Shown here one piece after another: positions 1-9,874 of a stretch of DNA of 39,816 nt. Position 1 is the stretch's first letter, and every line of letters begins with the position of its first letter. The DNA comes from Pseudomonadota bacterium (GTDB lineage Bacteria > Pseudomonadota > Gammaproteobacteria > JAKAQQ01): NCBI GenBank assembly GCA_027320085.1, contig DAHVLZ010000034.1, positions 1-39,816 on the forward strand, written 5' to 3'. The notes beneath the pieces were generated by a model. It was given only the letters and a program-made list of their open reading frames with translations, had not been told where the DNA came from and ran no database searches. The translations under genes and the position numbers were made by a program.

Positions 1-479
1 AAGATGAGATCGCTCGCATCATGGGCGGTGAGACGCAATCGCCCCCGGTTGGTGGGAATGGCGAACGCAAGCACCTGGTGAGCCGCCGGAACGTTGTACA
101 GGTGGAAGACCAGCCGCCAGCCCCCTCCCCGGTGGCTGTGAATCACCCGTCCGATGACCAGGTAACTCATGCCGAGCGCTTTCCAGTTGAGGAAATTGAT
201 CTGGGCCGGCCGCGTGGGCTGCTGGACGAGATCCCGTCGCGCCAGGGGTCGGAACAGGCCGGTGCGGACCAGATCATGGGCGATGACCGTGGCAGGCTGG
301 AAGGGAGGGCGGCCGCCCACCTGCCAGGCGAACGGGACCACGGCGATCGGTGTCGCGGTCCGGACCCCATGAGTGATCCGGATCTTCAAGGCACCCCAGC
401 CCGGGGCGGCCAGGAAGACCAGCACCAGGCCGGGAATGTAAAGACGCCACCGGGTTCGGATGGGTTGCGGAATCCTCAT
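1..479 (-). CDS. tolB: TolB periplasmic protein, N-terminal part (runs off the window edge; not in the ORF track)
   Basis: Manual translation from ATG at 479, which overlaps the tolA stop: MRIPQPIRTRWRLYIPGLVLVFLAAPGWGALKIRITHGVRTATPIAVVPFAW...IAHDLVRTGLFRPL...INFLNWKALG. Signal peptide plus TolB N-domain motif PIAVVPF; directly follows tolA. Confidence 0.9.
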   Translation of the reverse strand, partial: MRIPQPIRTRWRLYIPGLVLVFLAAPGWGALKIRITHGVRTATPIAVVPFAWQVGGRPPFQPATVIAHDLVRTGLFRPLARRDLVQQPTRPAQINFLNWKALGMSYLVIGRVIHSHRGGGWRLVFHLYNVPAAHQVLAFAIPTNRGRLRLTAHDASDLI

Positions 480-1315
480 GGTACGCTCCCGGGATGAAAA
501 TCAAAAATGAGATGTCGCCTGAAAATGGCCGGATCGGCAGGCATGGGCAGAGGGGAAGCCCTGAACACCGCGGTCAGCACTGACTGCCGGACGCTGGCAC
601 TGCCATTGCAAGGACCCAAGTGGGCGGCCACCACCCCTCCACCAGGAGCCAGCGTAACCGAAACCACGCACGACAGGTTTTCGTGGACGCCCGGTGGGCG
701 AATCCATGCATTTTCGACCTCGCTCCGGATCGCCGCGACCCAGGCCGAAAGTTCCGAGCGTCGCCGTTTGCGCGCGGCGGCGGCTGCCTGAGCCTCCTGT
801 TCCGCCTGCTTCCGAGCCTCGGCCGCCTGCAGTGCCCTCTCCCGCTCGGCCTGGAGTGCCGCCAAGGCCTCAAGCCGAGCCTCGTGGGCTGCTGCCCGAC
901 GGGCAGCCAGGGCTGCAAGCGCTCTTTGCTGGGCCAGTTTTTCGGCCTGGAGATGGGCCAGTGCTGCCTTCTGGGCAATGAGTTCACGAGCCTGCTTGGC
1001 GCGGAGTGCCGCCAGATGAGCTGCCGCCGCACGCTGTTCGGCCCGGGCCCGGGCCGCCATTGCGGCGAGCGCCTGCGCTTTTCTCTCACGCGCTTGTTCC
1101 TTTTCCTGACGCCGTTTCTGGTAAGCAGCCCAGGCCTGTTCCACGGCCTTTCCGTTGACCACCCGGGCCTGGACCGGATGCGCCGTCGGCGGGGCGGGTT
1201 CACCCGATCCGTGGACTAAGGCCGTCCGGATGCCGACCACCAGCAACAGGAGAATCAGGCCGTGCAGAAGCAGCGACTGGATCCATGCCCGTTTGGAAGG
1301 ACTCGCAGAACTCAT
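476..1315 (-). CDS. tolA: TolA
   Basis: N-terminal TM with SLLLH motif, Ala/Arg/Gln-rich helical stalk, TonB-C-like domain (AIRSEVENAWIRP...RASPLPMP); lies between tolR and tolB. Confidence 0.9.
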   Translation of the reverse strand: MSSASPSKRAWIQSLLLHGLILLLLVVGIRTALVHGSGEPAPPTAHPVQARVVNGKAVEQAWAAYQKRRQEKEQARERKAQALAAMAARARAEQRAAAAHLAALRAKQARELIAQKAALAHLQAEKLAQQRALAALAARRAAAHEARLEALAALQAERERALQAAEARKQAEQEAQAAAAARKRRRSELSAWVAAIRSEVENAWIRPPGVHENLSCVVSVTLAPGGGVVAAHLGPCNGSASVRQSVLTAVFRASPLPMPADPAIFRRHLIFDFHPGSVP

Positions 1316-1318
1316 GGA

Positions 1319-1750
1319 TCAGGAACCGGAGTGGACATGCCCGGGGTGGGTCATGAGTCCGATGCCACGAGCACCCGCCCGTTGCAGAAGCACCATCGCG
1401 CCGATCACGGAACCATAGGCAGTCCGCCGATCCGCCTTGACGAGGACCGGAGTGTCCGGCTCGTGGCGCAGCACGGCCGTCACGAGGGCACGGATCACCG
1501 AGCGCCTGGCCGGACGCCGGGGATGGGCGGCGATATTGAGAAAAAGTTGGCCCGAGTGGTTCACGGTCAGAACAATCGGGGTATGGTTGGGATGCACCGG
1601 CAGGGGCTTGGCGGCCGCTCGGGGCAACCGCACATGCACCCCTTCCTGAAGGAGGGGTGCCGTGATCATGAAGATCACGAGCAGGACCAGCATCACGTCG
1701 ATGTAGGGCACAACGTTGATTTCACCCACCACCCGACGGCGGGTTCTCAT
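1319..1750 (-). CDS. tolR: TolR
   Basis: EINVVPYIDVMLVLLVIFMITAP signature. Confidence 0.95.
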   Translation of the reverse strand: MRTRRRVVGEINVVPYIDVMLVLLVIFMITAPLLQEGVHVRLPRAAAKPLPVHPNHTPIVLTVNHSGQLFLNIAAHPRRPARRSVIRALVTAVLRHEPDTPVLVKADRRTAYGSVIGAMVLLQRAGARGIGLMTHPGHVHSGS

Positions 1751-2439
1751 CGGTTTTCACCTCCGGGAGCCACCGGTTGGTAGCGCTGGAGAACAGCCGA
1801 GAATTCGTCGATGAATCCCTCCATGCGGTTTTCCAGCCGGTTGAGTTCGGTTTGGAAACGGTTGTAGGCGATCACCGCTGGAATGGCGGCGAACAGGCCC
1901 ATCGCCGTCGCAATCAGGGCCTGCGAGATGCCCGGAGCCACCATGGACAGGGTGGCCTGCTGGACATTGCCCAGCGCATGGAACGCCGTCATGATACCCC
2001 AGACGGTACCGAACAGACCGACATAGGGACTCACCGAACCCACGGTGGCCAGGAAAGGCAACTGTTCCTCCAGGCTGTCCACAGCCCGTCGTTCAGTCGC
2101 GAGCATGCTGCGCCGGGCCCCCTCCAGGGCCAGTCCGCTGTTGCCAAGCCGCAGAAGACGGGCGTACTCCCGGTAACCGGTCTGAAAGATCTGGTCGAAG
2201 ACTCCGGGCTCGACCTCTTGTTCGCTGATCTGCCGGTATAACTTGCCCAGATCGGTCCCCGCCGCATCGTAACGCAGGTCGAACGCGTGGGCCGCGGCCT
2301 TGATCTTCCGAAATAATGCCCGCTTCTGGAACATGATGGACCAGGAGGTCACCGAAGCGACCAGGAGCAGGAGAAGAACCAGTTTCACGATCCAGCTGGC
2401 CTCGACAATGAGAGTCCAGAAAGACAAATGTGTCGTCAT
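1747..2439 (-). CDS. tolQ: TolQ
   Basis: FLATVGSVSPYVGLFGTVWGIM and VAPGISQALIATAMGLFAAIPAV motifs. Confidence 0.95.
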   Translation of the reverse strand: MTTHLSFWTLIVEASWIVKLVLLLLLVASVTSWSIMFQKRALFRKIKAAAHAFDLRYDAAGTDLGKLYRQISEQEVEPGVFDQIFQTGYREYARLLRLGNSGLALEGARRSMLATERRAVDSLEEQLPFLATVGSVSPYVGLFGTVWGIMTAFHALGNVQQATLSMVAPGISQALIATAMGLFAAIPAVIAYNRFQTELNRLENRMEGFIDEFSAVLQRYQPVAPGGENR

Positions 2440-2855
2440 GGGGCAAGCACCTTGTGGAGAATCTCGGGAAACGGCCGGGGCCGAAACGTGGTGGCAGAAA
2501 CGGAAACCAGACGGATCAAGCCCTCGCCGATCACCTCGGTCTCACCCCGGCCGACCGGCTGAACCAGTTCGAGACTGGCAGACTTCATTGCTTGGACCCC
2601 CACACCGACCCAGAGTTCATCGTCGTGCCGGGCCGGTGCCCGGTAGCGGACCCTGATCTCGCCGACCACAAACAGAATCCCCAGCTCGTCGGCCAAGCGT
2701 GCGATGGACCATCCTTCCCTTCTCAACCACTCGGTCCGGGCTCGATCCATATAACGGAGATATGCCGTATGGTAAACCACTCCCGCCGCATCCGTGTCCT
2801 CGTAGTAAACCCGGATCGGCAACCGGAAACGCAGTGGGGGCCATCCGGGCTTCAT
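2436..2855 (-). CDS. ybgC: Tol-Pal-associated acyl-CoA thioesterase
   Basis: [15 protein letters not shown] motif; canonical position upstream of tolQ. Confidence 0.93.
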   Translation of the reverse strand: MKPGWPPLRFRLPIRVYYEDTDAAGVVYHTAYLRYMDRARTEWLRREGWSIARLADELGILFVVGEIRVRYRAPARHDDELWVGVGVQAMKSASLELVQPVGRGETEVIGEGLIRLVSVSATTFRPRPFPEILHKVLAP

Positions 2856-3874
2856 GGGGGAAACAGGCCGCCGTCCCGCTTGCGGGGCTCGATGCCGAGC
2901 TGGCGGTAGGCCGCCTCCGTGACCGTTCTCCCGCGGGGGCCCCGTTGCAGGTAGCCGTTCTGGATCAGGAAAGGCTCCACCATTTCCTCGAGCGTTCCCC
3001 GTTCCTCACCCAAGGTGGCTGCCAGTGCATCGATGCCGACCGGCCCTCCGCCATGCTGCTCGATGATGGTGAGGAGGAAACGCCGATCCAGTGGATCAAA
3101 ACCGGCACTGTCCACCTCGAGGAAGGTCATGCCCTCCTGGACTGTTTCCGGATCGATCCGCCCCCCATGCCGGACATCGGCGAAATCGCGGATGCGGCGC
3201 AGCAGCCGGTTCGCGATGCGCGGGGTCCCGCGTGAACGGCGGGCAATCTCGCGGGTGGCCGCCTCCGTGATGGGAATGCCGAGCAGGCGCGCCGAACGCT
3301 GGATGATCGACGACAGGTCATCGGGTCCATAAAACTCCAGACGGGCCGAAACGCCGAAACGGTCCCTGAGGGGAGAGGTCAGGAGGTTGGCCCGAGTGGT
3401 GGCGCCGACCAGGGTGAAGGGGTGAAGCGGAATGCGGATGGACCGGGCGCCAGGTCCTTCGCCGACCAGGATGTCGAGCGCCCGTTCCTCGAGTGCCGGG
3501 TAGAGAATCTCTTCCACGGAAGGAGGCAGGCGGTGGATCTCGTCGATGAACAGCACATCCCGGGGTTCGAGATTAGTGAGAAGGGCCGCCAGATCGCCCG
3601 GGCGCTCGAGCACCGGGCCCGACGTCACCCGGATGTTCACGCCGAGCTCGTGGGCAATGATGTGCGCGAGGGTGGTTTTACCGAGACCCGGATGCCCGTA
3701 AAGCAAAACATGGTCGAGCGCCTCGGACCGCTGGCGGGCCGCGCCGATGAAAACCTCGAACTGCTCACGGATTTTCCGCTGGCCGATATATTCGGATAGC
3801 CGGTAGGGCCTGAGGGTCTGGTCGAAATCAGCGGTGGCGGATTGCGCCGGATGGGGTTCCCCTACCGTCGTCAT
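2852..3874 (-). CDS. ruvB: Holliday junction branch-migration helicase RuvB
   Basis: [11 protein letters not shown] Walker [29 protein letters not shown]. Confidence 0.97.
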   Translation of the reverse strand: MTTVGEPHPAQSATADFDQTLRPYRLSEYIGQRKIREQFEVFIGAARQRSEALDHVLLYGHPGLGKTTLAHIIAHELGVNIRVTSGPVLERPGDLAALLTNLEPRDVLFIDEIHRLPPSVEEILYPALEERALDILVGEGPGARSIRIPLHPFTLVGATTRANLLTSPLRDRFGVSARLEFYGPDDLSSIIQRSARLLGIPITEAATREIARRSRGTPRIANRLLRRIRDFADVRHGGRIDPETVQEGMTFLEVDSAGFDPLDRRFLLTIIEQHGGGPVGIDALAATLGEERGTLEEMVEPFLIQNGYLQRGPRGRTVTEAAYRQLGIEPRKRDGGLFPP

Positions 3875-4458
3875 GGCGACTGACCCAGAGAAAGCTTGAG
3901 GGCCGCCCGAATGAGCTCAGTGGAACTGAAGTCGCCGTCCAGGCGGGCCAAAAGCCGTTCCGCTTCTTCCCTCCGGTATCCCAGTGCCAAAAGACCGGTC
4001 AACGCCTCTTCTCTCGCCGAGACTGGAGGGATCACGCCCGGGGCTCCGGGGTACCAGTCCCGCAGGCGGTCACGGAGTTCGAGAATCAGTCGCTCCGCCG
4101 TTTTCTTGCCCACCCCCGGCACCCGGACAAGCAACGTGGGATCCTCCCGGTGGATGATGGCCACAAAATCGCCGACCGGGAAAGTGGAGAGAATGGCCAG
4201 AGCAACACGCGGGCCGACCCCGCTCACCCGCAGGAGATGGCGGAACAGGACGCGCTCCTCCTCGTCCAAAAAGCCGTACAGGAAGACTCCGTCCTCGCGC
4301 ACCAGATGATGGGTGACGAGAACGACCTCACTGCCCACCTCCGGCAGACGGGCCGCCGACAGGAGGGGCATGTCCAGCTCGTAGCCGATACCCGCCACCT
4401 CCAGGGCAATATGGGGAGGGGTTTTCACAGCCAAGCGACCCCGAAGGTAGCCGATCAC
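3871..4458 (-). CDS. ruvA: Holliday junction DNA-binding subunit RuvA
   Basis: Likely GTG start at 4458 overlapping the ruvC stop (MIGYLRG); [33 protein letters not shown]. Confidence 0.95.
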   Translation of the reverse strand: MIGYLRGRLAVKTPPHIALEVAGIGYELDMPLLSAARLPEVGSEVVLVTHHLVREDGVFLYGFLDEEERVLFRHLLRVSGVGPRVALAILSTFPVGDFVAIIHREDPTLLVRVPGVGKKTAERLILELRDRLRDWYPGAPGVIPPVSAREEALTGLLALGYRREEAERLLARLDGDFSSTELIRAALKLSLGQSP

Positions 4459-4964
4459 GCCTCGCCCCCGGCGGTCGCCAGTTCCGGGGCCCGGGCGCGG
4501 AACAGGTGGCAAAGCGCGACGGCCAATGCATCGGCCGCATCCTCGGCCGGCATCTCGCCCAACGCCAGGATGAGGGTCACCATCTTCTGGACTTGGGTTT
4601 TTTCTGCCCCCCCGAAGGCCGTCATTGAAAGCTTCACCTGCCGCGGGCTGTACTCCGCCACCTGTGGCGGTCGGGGACTGTCCATGACGGCGGCGAGTAC
4701 GGCTCCCCGCGCCTGCCCCAGCACGAGCGCGCTCCGGATATTGCGGTGGACAAAACCGCTTTCGATCGCCACTTCAGCGGGCTCCCACTGTCTCATGACG
4801 GACCGGACTTCCCGATGGATCGACCCCAGCCGTTCCGGCAGCGGGCTCCGGGCATCCGGGCGGATCACGCCACAGGCGAGAAAGCGCGGGGTGCCTCCCT
4901 GCCTCTCGATCACGCCATATCCCGTCCGTTGCGACCCCGGATCCAGGCCCAGAATGGGGCTCAT
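4455..4964 (-). CDS. ruvC: Holliday junction resolvase RuvC
   Basis: ATG at 4964 overlapping the yebC stop; ILGLDPGS, LGQARG, DAADALAVA. Confidence 0.95.
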   Translation of the reverse strand: MSPILGLDPGSQRTGYGVIERQGGTPRFLACGVIRPDARSPLPERLGSIHREVRSVMRQWEPAEVAIESGFVHRNIRSALVLGQARGAVLAAVMDSPRPPQVAEYSPRQVKLSMTAFGGAEKTQVQKMVTLILALGEMPAEDAADALAVALCHLFRARAPELATAGGEA

Positions 4965-5719
4965 GAAGCATCCTGAAACCGTCGAACGGCTTCCTCGGAA
5001 AAATCGGCATTGCTGTAGAGATTCTGGACATCGTCCAGTTCCTCGAGACTGGCCAAGAGCTTGAGTACGGAGAGGGCATCGTCTCCCGAAACCGGAATCT
5101 GGGTCGAGGCCTGCCACGTCACCTCTCCCGATGACGAAATGAATCCAGCAGCCTCGAGGCGGAACCGGACCTGTTCGAAAAATTCAGGATCCACGATCAC
5201 GGTCAAGCATCCATTTCCCGGATCCTCGACATCCTCGGCTCCCGCATCCAGCGCCTGTTCGAAGAGCGATTCCGCCCGCTCGGGAGTCACCCGATACTGG
5301 AGAACCCCAACCCGCCTGAACAGGTAGGCCACAGCCCCATCCGCGCCCAGATTGCCGCCCGCCTTGACAAACGCGTGACGAACCTCGGAAACGGTCCGGT
5401 TTCGGTTGTCTGTCAGGCATTCAACCAGAATCGCAACCCCCCCCGCTCCATACCCCTCGTAGCGGACCTCTTCGAAATTGTCCGTGGCCTCTCCGCCCTG
5501 GAGACGCTTCAGCGCACGCTCGATCCGATCCTTGGGCACATTCGCCGCATTGGCCCGTTCAATCGCGAGACGCAGGCGGCTGTTCCGGGACGGATCTGCC
5601 CCACCGTGACGGGCGGCACTCTGCACCTCCCGCATGACCCGGGTAAACAGACGCGCTTTGCGCGCGTCCTGTGTTCCTTTCCGGTACTGGATATTTGCCC
5701 ACTTGCTGTGCCCGGCCAT
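4961..5719 (-). CDS. yebC: YebC/PmpR family protein
   Basis: MAGHSKWANI, YEGYG, TDNRNRT, LEELDDVQNLYSN. Confidence 0.96.
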   Translation of the reverse strand: MAGHSKWANIQYRKGTQDARKARLFTRVMREVQSAARHGGADPSRNSRLRLAIERANAANVPKDRIERALKRLQGGEATDNFEEVRYEGYGAGGVAILVECLTDNRNRTVSEVRHAFVKAGGNLGADGAVAYLFRRVGVLQYRVTPERAESLFEQALDAGAEDVEDPGNGCLTVIVDPEFFEQVRFRLEAAGFISSSGEVTWQASTQIPVSGDDALSVLKLLASLEELDDVQNLYSNADFSEEAVRRFQDAS

Positions 5720-5725
5720 GGCGGG

Positions 5726-6331
5726 TCAAAAGGAGATCCGGAAGCCGATGTTGATTCCGCTGTCCAGGGTGATGTCCGGTGTGCCGGCGTAGGCGACACT
5801 GACGTGACGGTAGCCGATATAGACGAGACCATGGCGCAGAAGGTAATAACCGAAATGGGCCTCGTACTCGAGATAGCGGTCGGTGGCGCCGAAGGCGACC
5901 ACTTTGGGTGCGTAGTAGACATGGCCGCCAAACCCGAGCCGGTTGTAGCCGACCCACGTGGTATGAAACGAAACCCCGACCGCAAGAGCCGAACCGCTGT
6001 CGTGGATCAGGCTCGCATCCGCGTAAACCAGCCGTGCACCCAATCCAATCCAGATCGGATGTCCCCCCGGGTTCGCATTGGCCACAAGCTCAAGGGCTGC
6101 ATCACCCACGCTCCCGCGCCGGCGATGTTCCAGATAACCGACACTGCCATAGAGTCCCGTGCCGGTGAGATCCGTCCCCAGGCTCAGGGCAAGTGCCCGG
6201 TCACTGAGATTGAGATTGAAGTTGCTCGACGCCTGTGCCGGAGGCACCGCGAAGAGAAGGCCCAAAAACAAAAACAGGCAAGACAGGCGGCCGAAGATCT
6301 TGCCGCCACTCCGGACAATTCCCATGCGCAT
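5726..6331 (-). CDS. YfaZ-like small outer-membrane beta-barrel protein
   Basis: Signal peptide (AQA), alternating beta-strand pattern, YYAPKVVAFG and IGYRHV motifs, C-terminal Phe (GFRISF). Confidence 0.7.
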   Translation of the reverse strand: MRMGIVRSGGKIFGRLSCLFLFLGLLFAVPPAQASSNFNLNLSDRALALSLGTDLTGTGLYGSVGYLEHRRRGSVGDAALELVANANPGGHPIWIGLGARLVYADASLIHDSGSALAVGVSFHTTWVGYNRLGFGGHVYYAPKVVAFGATDRYLEYEAHFGYYLLRHGLVYIGYRHVSVAYAGTPDITLDSGINIGFRISF

Positions 6332-6435
6332 GCTGCTGCCCCCTCAGGCTGGTCGACCATTGCCCGGATCCACCGGGCCCCATTATTAGAGCACGATCGG
6401 ACATCGTCCGGAGGGTGGCAGCTCGGGGCTTGGGA

Positions 6436-7521
6436 TCAGGAGGACGGGTGGGATGACCCGATCATGACCAGCCGGGTGAGCGGCACCGGAGTCTTGGGTT
6501 CCAGCCCCGGCTTTTCATTCTCCATGACCATGTCGGCGATCACGTCGGGGGCCACCAGGGTCAGATGGGCCAGATGCCCGCTCCGACCGAGTGTCGGCAT
6601 GAGCGCCAGAATGTCCCGGACATAAGACATCCCCCGCTGCGAGTAGAGATCGAGTCCGAACGCCAACCGGGCCGGGTCGAGGGGGACTTGGGACTGCCGC
6701 ATTTCGGCTCGGAGCCGCCTGAACTGGCGGAATGGGGGGCGGGTATTGATCGCCTTGAGGTAATAGCGGACGGAACTGGCCAGCGAGGGGAAGGCGCGGA
6801 CGAAATGCGTCGGATCTTGACCAAGGGCCCGGGGCACCATCCCCACAAATGGGTTCGCGGTCCATATTCCGAAGAGGTCATTGCCTTGTACAGCAAACCG
6901 CGAGGTTCCCCATCCACTTTCCATCGCCGCCTGGGCCAGTGCCAGAATCACCGGCACCACATCCACCCGCCGTAGCAGGCGGGCCTGAACCCGGGGATTC
7001 CCCAGCGATCCGCCCACCCCGTAGGACACCTCGATCTCGCGTTCGAGGAGGCGCTGCCTCCGCCCCTGGGCTCCCTTCCGGGGTTGGGCAAAACTGCGGG
7101 TCAGGAAACGGCGTTGTTCGAGCACCCGTTCATCAGCGCCCAGGACGATCGGCAGGAGGGTTCGCAGGAAAGTGGTTTTCTTCTGGTGGGTCGACAGCCC
7201 GGCCAAGCCTTCTGGTAGGTGTCGCAGGGCAATCGCCGGCACGATGCGACGCGGAGGCCAGTGATAGTCATAAGCTGCATACAAGGCAACCAGCTGATGA
7301 ATATTCGCATTCGTGATTCGAGAGAGCGCGGGTCCGGGAAAGGGGTTCCGTTCGGAAAACCGGGCACTCGAGCCGGACCATAACACGACCGCGTGCCAGA
7401 CCACAAAAACCGGCACGGCTAGGAGGAGGACAAGCACGATCCGCTCGGGAAAACCGCCACCGGCTGTTTTCCCGCGTCGTCGAACCCCGGGAAACTGGGA
7501 GAGGAACCTGGAATCTTCCAC
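6436..7521 (-). CDS. Bax-like glucosaminidase-domain (peptidoglycan hydrolase) protein with N-terminal TM
   Basis: KKTTFLRTLLP, RVDVVP, LAQAAMESGWGTSRFA..GNDLFG; AGGAGG RBS upstream of a GTG start. Confidence 0.8.
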   Translation of the reverse strand: MEDSRFLSQFPGVRRRGKTAGGGFPERIVLVLLLAVPVFVVWHAVVLWSGSSARFSERNPFPGPALSRITNANIHQLVALYAAYDYHWPPRRIVPAIALRHLPEGLAGLSTHQKKTTFLRTLLPIVLGADERVLEQRRFLTRSFAQPRKGAQGRRQRLLEREIEVSYGVGGSLGNPRVQARLLRRVDVVPVILALAQAAMESGWGTSRFAVQGNDLFGIWTANPFVGMVPRALGQDPTHFVRAFPSLASSVRYYLKAINTRPPFRQFRRLRAEMRQSQVPLDPARLAFGLDLYSQRGMSYVRDILALMPTLGRSGHLAHLTLVAPDVIADMVMENEKPGLEPKTPVPLTRLVMIGSSHPSS

Positions 7522-7729
7522 GGCTGGCCTCCTTTTTAGACTGCCCAGTCTAGCACAAACTGGGTGTTAATAGGAGTTTAACGTTTTTTTCTTTGATTTC
7601 AGGGGGAAAGATACTCCGCGTTCAAATCAAAACGCGCAAAGCAAACATTTTCACTGAAAAACTGCTATTTCCTTTTAATTTCGTCCAATTTCAGGGTCAG
7701 CCCTTTCACCCCAACCGTTCTCGAAAGGC

Positions 7730-8536
7730 TCAGCCGTATCGTCCCGTGATGTATGCGTCTGTTTTGGGGGACGAAGGATTTGTGAGGAGGGTGTCGATAT
7801 CCTTGTATTCGATCAGGTCTCCCATGAAAAGAAACGCAGCAAAATCAGAGACTCGTGCAGCCTGTTGCATGTTATGGGTGACCAGGATGATGGTATAGTC
7901 GGCCTTGAGTTCGGTGATCAGTGCCTCGATCTTGAGACTGGAGTGGGGGTCCAAGGCGGATGCCGGCTCGTCAAGCAGAAGCACTTCGGGCCGGATGGCA
8001 ATCGCCCGAGCAATGCACAGACGCTGTTGCTGCCCACCCGAGAGCCGGGTCCCGCTTTCCAAGAGCTTGTCCTTGACCTCCTCCCAGAGGGCCGACTTCT
8101 TGAGCGCCCACTCCACCCGGTCGTCCATGACCGTCCGGGGGAGCCGTTCATAAAGCCGGACCCCGAAGGCAATATTGTCGTAGACCGACATGGGGAATGG
8201 AGTCGGTTTCTGAAACACCATGCCCACCTTGGCACGCAGCGCATGAACATCCTGGCTTTTGCTCAGAAGGTTGGCACCGTCCATGAGGATTTCCCCACTG
8301 GCCCGATGACCCGGATGGAGTTCGTAGATTCGGTTAAAGCATCGGATCAGGGTGGTTTTCCCGCATCCGGACGGCCCGATGAAGGTGGTGACCTTCCGTT
8401 CGGCTATATCGAGGCTGATGTCGTGGAGCGCATGGGCTGTCCCGTAGTAAAAATTGAGATTCCGGACCCGGAACTTCGGGTTCGGAATAACCGGCCCATC
8501 GGATGGGGCGGGACTTTTACTCATGATTTGATTCAT
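7730..8536 (-). CDS. pstB: Phosphate ABC transporter ATP-binding protein PstB
   Basis: [57 protein letters not shown]. Confidence 0.95.
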   Translation of the reverse strand: MNQIMSKSPAPSDGPVIPNPKFRVRNLNFYYGTAHALHDISLDIAERKVTTFIGPSGCGKTTLIRCFNRIYELHPGHRASGEILMDGANLLSKSQDVHALRAKVGMVFQKPTPFPMSVYDNIAFGVRLYERLPRTVMDDRVEWALKKSALWEEVKDKLLESGTRLSGGQQQRLCIARAIAIRPEVLLLDEPASALDPHSSLKIEALITELKADYTIILVTHNMQQAARVSDFAAFLFMGDLIEYKDIDTLLTNPSSPKTDAYITGRYG

Positions 8537-8831
8537 TTGAGATTTTTAACAACGACCACTCGCGGTGCAAAAGCCGCCTTCGAGATGATGGCCACGACCC
8601 GGTCGGCAGGGGCATCCGTTTGCGGCCAACAGCGCCTTTTCAGCCTCCATTATAAACCGCGAGTATGGGCGAAACGCTCACCTGCTTGAGCGGCTTGTAA
8701 AGTGTCACACATAAGGGAACGAATCAATACCCGCCCCTCCCAGCAAGCCCTCGAGCCGTTCATCCGGGGATCACTACCACTGGTCGCCAACTGATTGTAA
8801 ACACGGGAAAGCTTGCCTGATGATGGGGCCT

Positions 8832-9377
8832 ATGAAAACCCGGTCTCGTGGATTGACCCTGCTTGAGACGATGGTCGTGATCGGACTGGCGGCCATCCTG
8901 GCCACGATTGCGGTCCCGAGTTTCCTGCGCTTCATGACGGAGAACCGCATGGCCAGCGAGATGAACAGCTTCGAAACGGCCCTCATGCTGGCCCGCAGCG
9001 AAGCCATCAAGCGGGGTGAGGAAGTCACCCTGTGCACCAGCACGTCGGGCACCGACTGCAGCATCGCCAGTAACTGGAATGCGGGCTGGCTCATTTTCTC
9101 CAACCCGCAGAACCAGCCGAATGTGCCCAATCCGGCTGATATCATCCGCACGCACGGTGGCTTCTCCAATACGGACACTTTAGTCGGTAGCAACACCACC
9201 CTGGATCATGCCGTGAGCTTTACCGGACTCGGTATTCTCGTGCCCGGTGAGCTCACGGGTGGAAACTTCGATCTCGGAACCCAACCAGCGGACAGCTCTC
9301 TCACCCGCTGCCTCACCATCGGTCCAGGTGGACAACTGGCCACCGCCGAACCGGGTCACCCATGCCCCATCGAATGA
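8832..9377 (+). CDS. fimT: Type IV minor pilin, GspH/FimT family
   Basis: Prepilin motif G|LTLLE, hydrophobic helix, AVPSF, LARSEAIKRG..VTLC; start could also be 8820 or 8823; FimT versus FimU not resolvable. Confidence 0.8.
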   Translation: MKTRSRGLTLLETMVVIGLAAILATIAVPSFLRFMTENRMASEMNSFETALMLARSEAIKRGEEVTLCTSTSGTDCSIASNWNAGWLIFSNPQNQPNVPNPADIIRTHGGFSNTDTLVGSNTTLDHAVSFTGLGILVPGELTGGNFDLGTQPADSSLTRCLTIGPGGQLATAEPGHPCPIE

Positions 9378-9874
9378 TCGACCGTCCCCCACCCGGCGTC
9401 CCGTGGGCGGGTTTCAGCCTCATCGAGGCGCTGGTGGCCATGGTCGTGATCGCCATCGGATTGCTCGGGCTTGCCGCCATGGTCACGGCTGGACTCCGTT
9501 CCAACCAGGTCGCGAACCTGCAGAGCCTGGCTGCGATCGACGCCGGCAACATCGCCGCCCTCATGTCCGCCAATCCGGCAGGAGTTGCTGCCGGCAACTA
9601 CGTCATCACCTCGCTTCCGACCAGTCCACCGGCCAACCTGTGCCAGTCGGCCTCGACCCCCTGTTCACCCGCCGAGGAAGCACAGGCCGATCTCTGGGGT
9701 TTCGCTCAGAACCTGGCGAGCAACCTGCCCAATCCCGCGGCACAGATCCAGTGTGCAGTGGCCTGTTCGAGCACCACCGATGCGCCCATGGTCATCACCA
9801 TCAGCTGGACCAGCCGGAGTCCGAACGGCCGGGCCATGGCCACCGCTAACTACAGCACGGTCTACCAGCCATGA
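9374..9874 (+). CDS. pilV: Type IV minor pilin PilV
   Basis: G|FSLIEALVAMVVIAIGLLGL; ATG overlaps the fimT stop; ITISW. Confidence 0.85.
   Translation: MIDRPPPGVPWAGFSLIEALVAMVVIAIGLLGLAAMVTAGLRSNQVANLQSLAAIDAGNIAALMSANPAGVAAGNYVITSLPTSPPANLCQSASTPCSPAEEAQADLWGFAQNLASNLPNPAAQIQCAVACSSTTDAPMVITISWTSRSPNGRAMATANYSTVYQP

Noticed and set aside
760-1140. Repetitive Ala/Gln/Arg-coding sequence
   Set aside because: Normal low-complexity TolA stalk
4965-5117. Extended starts of ruvC (5117) and ruvA (4512)
   Set aside because: They overlap upstream genes; coupled starts at 4964 and 4458 match the family N-termini
5375-6625. 416-aa plus-strand ORF (also 4150-5064 and 7865-8689)
   Set aside because: Antisense to well-supported genes (yebC, YfaZ-like, ruvC/ruvA, pstB)
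8690-8720. Possible Pho box near GTGTCAC upstream of pstB
   Set aside because: No second half-site at 11-bp spacing, and orientation does not fit pstB
8780-8820. Possible sigma54 promoter for the pilin operon
   Set aside because: GG and TTGC are not at -24/-12 spacing
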